NCBI GenBank assembly: GCA_043228905.1
Contig: JBHGNT010001200.1
Location: 1 to 11,006 of the forward strand
Direction of reading: 5' to 3'
Length of the DNA: 11,006 nucleotides
DNA from: Azolla caroliniana
Taxonomy: Eukaryota > Plantae > Polypodiophyta
The notes below the pieces were generated by a model. That model was given only the letters and a program-made list of their open reading frames with translations, made no database searches and was not told the DNA's origin. Both the position numbers and the translations under genes were made by a program. Shown here piece by piece: positions 8,364 through 11,006 of the stretch. Numbering within the stretch: the stretch's first letter is position 1; every line of letters starts with the position of its first letter.

Positions 8364-8504
8364 GTGAGTGCCTTTCTCCTATTATTTTTACCCTTTCCGT
8401 TGTTCTGTTGTCGCTACTTCTTTTCCCTATTTGTTTTCTCTGTTTGAAGACAAGATGATGGCAGTTTTTAGACTGCGTTGGAAAACATATACTTGATTTC
8501 TGCT

Positions 8505-8995
8505 TCCATTATCATGAAGAAAAATGAGATTTTATTTGCTTTTTCAAGAGTAGGAAATCATGAGGAAGTAACTCGTGTCCAAGGAAAAAAAGCTTTATTT
8601 CTGCTTTGTGTCTCAAGAGGAGAATATTTTCTCGTTTCAAGAGAAGGAAATGGTGAAAAACAAAACTACAACTCCTACTCAAGGGAAAATGTCATTCCTT
8701 ATGAAGAGAAAAAGCAGATTTTATTTGGTGAAGAGAAGGGAATGGTAAGAAGGTAGCTCAAATTCAAGGAAAGCAGATAGCTTTCTTGGAAAAACAGATT
8801 GTATTTTCTGAAGCGAGGAAATGATGAAAGATGAAACTTGTGCTCAAGGAAAGTACAATGTTTTCTTTCTAATGAGGAAGAAAAGAGGATTTTATTTGAT
8901 GAAGAGAGGGAAATGATGATGAAGTTGGTCATGCTCAAAGAAAGCTGATTTTAATTGCTGAAGAGAAGGAAATAGCTGGAAAGTAGTCCACGTTC
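8505..8995 (+). repeat. Degenerate purine-rich intronic repeat array, about 6 units
   Basis: GATTTTATTTGNTGAAGAGAAGGAAAT...CTCAAGGAAA variants near 8528, 8625, 8717, 8797, 8888 and 8947. Confidence 0.75.
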
Positions 8996-9101
8996 AGAGT
9001 TGTAGTTTTAGTTCAAAGAATGGCCTTGTTCTGGTTCTGATGCTCAGTTGAAACAAATGAGAATAGTAGAAGTGAGCATAATTTGGGTGGGCAGGCAAAT
9101 G

Positions 9102-10677
9102 GTACACATCCTCTTGGAACATGACCATTATGACATCCATATACCAAATGGTCATGATCTCATTCATTTACTCTAACGTCAACATGGAAACAACCACATC
9201 ATGATAAACCACATTGTCATTGAGTGCAAGGATGCATTCGTCGAGGTGCACCTACATGATGACAAACATAAGTAACACATGCGCACTCTTTTGGATCCCT
9301 TTTTGAAAGTATGTTACAAATTTGACATTATAATATCAAGAAGCCTAAAAGCCTTCGTGCCCATTTCACCATAGTTATTTGATGGCGTTGCACGTCTTTG
9401 CATGTAATAGTCATAGGCCCAACCATTGGGTTGCATTGGGATGTTCAAGCCATGTGTCGATCCTTAGTTACGATGCAATGGTCGATCGACATGTTACATA
9501 TCGTATGTATCGCCATATATGCTATATTCTTCAAGGTGTTAGTCACCTTATTATTAAGTGGATTCAAGAGACTATTTGGTTAGTCACATTTGTAGCATCT
9601 ACACTGGTCGCATCTTTGTCCAAAGCACCCAATGACTTGAGTGCAATGTGGGTATGAAGATGTAATCATGCTCAACCACATGTTCGAGGATGTCTTCCAT
9701 CTTAAAACTTTGCTTTTGAAGTTGCACCCAAAGTGGGTCAACGATGTGGAACTTTTCTGACACCTCTTGAGACAATGTGTACTCCATCCACATGGTGAAT
9801 GGACTCGTGGTCTACATGGATGCCATTTCCCCCCCAAGTTGCACATCATCCGCAAATCTGACTCATCCATGAAAACTGCGAGATTGAGTCTTTGACAAGC
9901 AAGCTAAAACCTTTTTCCAATCAACAATGCAAGTATATTGAGTGTTTGACATACAAGTTTTTCAAAACACAATGCTATTACTTGACAAATTGTTTGTTGG
10001 TTGTCATGTCCTATGTTTTGGTGGCATTACCAAATCCAATGTTGTCAGTTCCCACATCAGGTGCACCCTCATTGGAATCTGATGTAATCTCCTCACATGG
10101 AGTTAGGTCCACCTCATTTTGTCTTACAATATTTTTTCCCTTCTTGGTCTAGTTGATGGTGTCTTGTCACATGGTTGGTGTTGTCCACAATAGTTGATAA
10201 AGCACCATCATCTGTTGATATCCCAACCTTCTTACACTAAAAATTTTATGGTTTGACTCAACATATTATAAAAGCCATACCTTGTTTTAGTCACATACTA
10301 ATCAATTTTGAAGTTTCATACTTATATAATAATCATATCTAGATGCAAACTTTATCTTCAACTTGTCTAATCATTCTTTTCTAGAGTCGTTTATTGCTAC
10401 CTCGTGAATTGTGAATCTTGCCATGAATCTTGACTTAGTGTTGTCTTAGAGTTTAATTGTAATGTGTAAGAACTGGGTTGCCACCCTTATCTTAAGCTTC
10501 CTCATGTGTGATTGATGATTTTGTGTGTATTTTACCTCGGGCTCCTTAAAATGCTTTAGTCACTATTGTTGCTCGTAGTTGTTGAAAAATGTCATGCCAC
10601 TATTCTTCTCTATCGTACCTTGTTTCATTTCCTCTATCCTTAGCCCTCTTGGAAACATTATATCAATGCCATGTACC
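9102..10677 (-). pseudogene. Decayed TE-associated gene: zinc-finger tail, conserved domain and Ulp1/C48 SUMO-protease-like domain (copy 2), antisense in THO2 intron 1
   Basis: HGIDIMFPRGLRIEE...FNNYE...EPEVKYTQNHQSHMRKLKIRV...YDYY|CKKVGISTDDG (intron 10237-10325); FHIVDPLW...DYIFIPTLHSSHWVL (His-Trp at 9629-9634); IPMQPNGWAYDYY (Q-x-N-x-x-x-C-G motif with Cys>Tyr at 9413-9415). Confidence 0.82.
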
Positions 10678-11006
10678 TGTCATAACATAGTGACATAAAA
10701 TTAATAGTTGTGAGGATTGAACCTACAACCTCACATCAATAAGATATAATGCTCAATCATTTGGATATAAACATATATTTGTATATAATAGGTAAGTATT
10801 GTATAGTTTAACATATAGTACATTCTAGAATATTCTAGTCTTTAATATATTTTAGAAATATTCTATTATGTATTTTAGACAGATATATTTTAGAGATATT
10901 TCTCGAGTATATTTTAGAGATATTCAATCTTAGAACTTGTATAAATACCTGTAACTTCTTTGCTCCTTTTTAAGGGATTCAATGCTAGTCATTGGCACAT
11001 CAATCT
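10678..11006 (+). mobile_element. LTR related to the 6005-6448 LTR, running off the window end
   Basis: Begins TGTCAT exactly where copy 2 coding homology stops; TATTCTAGAA units; TATAAATA at 10940-10947; ACATCAATCT at 10997-11006 is shared with LTR1 (6115-6124, -). Confidence 0.78.
10703..10773 (-). other. tRNA-derived segment, antisense within the LTR
   Basis: Minus strand TATCCAAATGATTGAGCA-TTATATC ttatt GATGTGA-GGTT-GTAGGTTCAATCCTCAC gives D-arm/A-box, anticodon-arm-like stem and T-arm/B-box at tRNA-like spacing. Confidence 0.65.

Noticed and set aside
8364-8447. Hydrophobic C-terminus of ORF 8199-8447 as a membrane peptide
   Set aside because: It is read-through into the T-rich intron after the GTGAGT donor.
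8478-8938. ORFs 8478-8756 (+) and 8699-8938 (-) as THO2 exon 2 or new genes
   Set aside because: They derive from the purine-rich repeat and lack the expected VRGEL-type continuation.
9120-9156. 10-bp hairpin CATGACCATT..AATGGTCATG as terminator or miRNA
   Set aside because: Too short for a pre-miRNA and lies within decayed coding-like sequence; likely chance.
10703-10773. Functional tRNA gene
   Set aside because: Acceptor and D stems are degraded, the anticodon is ambiguous, and it sits inside an LTR.

Overview
AT-rich eukaryotic DNA from a land plant; the Tcn1-like chromovirus suggests a non-flowering plant, but this is inference. The one host gene is the first coding exon of THO complex subunit 2 (THO2, + strand, 8235-8363), followed by a TE-filled intron of more than 2.6 kb. 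The rest is nested, decayed transposons: (i) two diverged copies of the same intron-containing gene (339-~1380 + and ~9102-10677 -), which together suggest a C2H2-finger / unrecognised domain / Ulp1 SUMO-protease architecture; (ii) a Copia-type LTR fragment; (iii) a Mutator (MULE) transposase pseudogene with a SWIM finger; (iv) a 5'-truncated Gypsy chromovirus (integrase, chromodomain, PPT, 3' LTR); (v) a related LTR running off the right end; plus 267-bp and 36-bp tandem arrays. Most notable: both Gypsy-type LTRs share a U3 layout of antisense tRNA-like Pol III cassette, then heat-shock-element array, then TATA, and they flank the THO2 5' end. All translations and alignments were done by eye, with no database searches.
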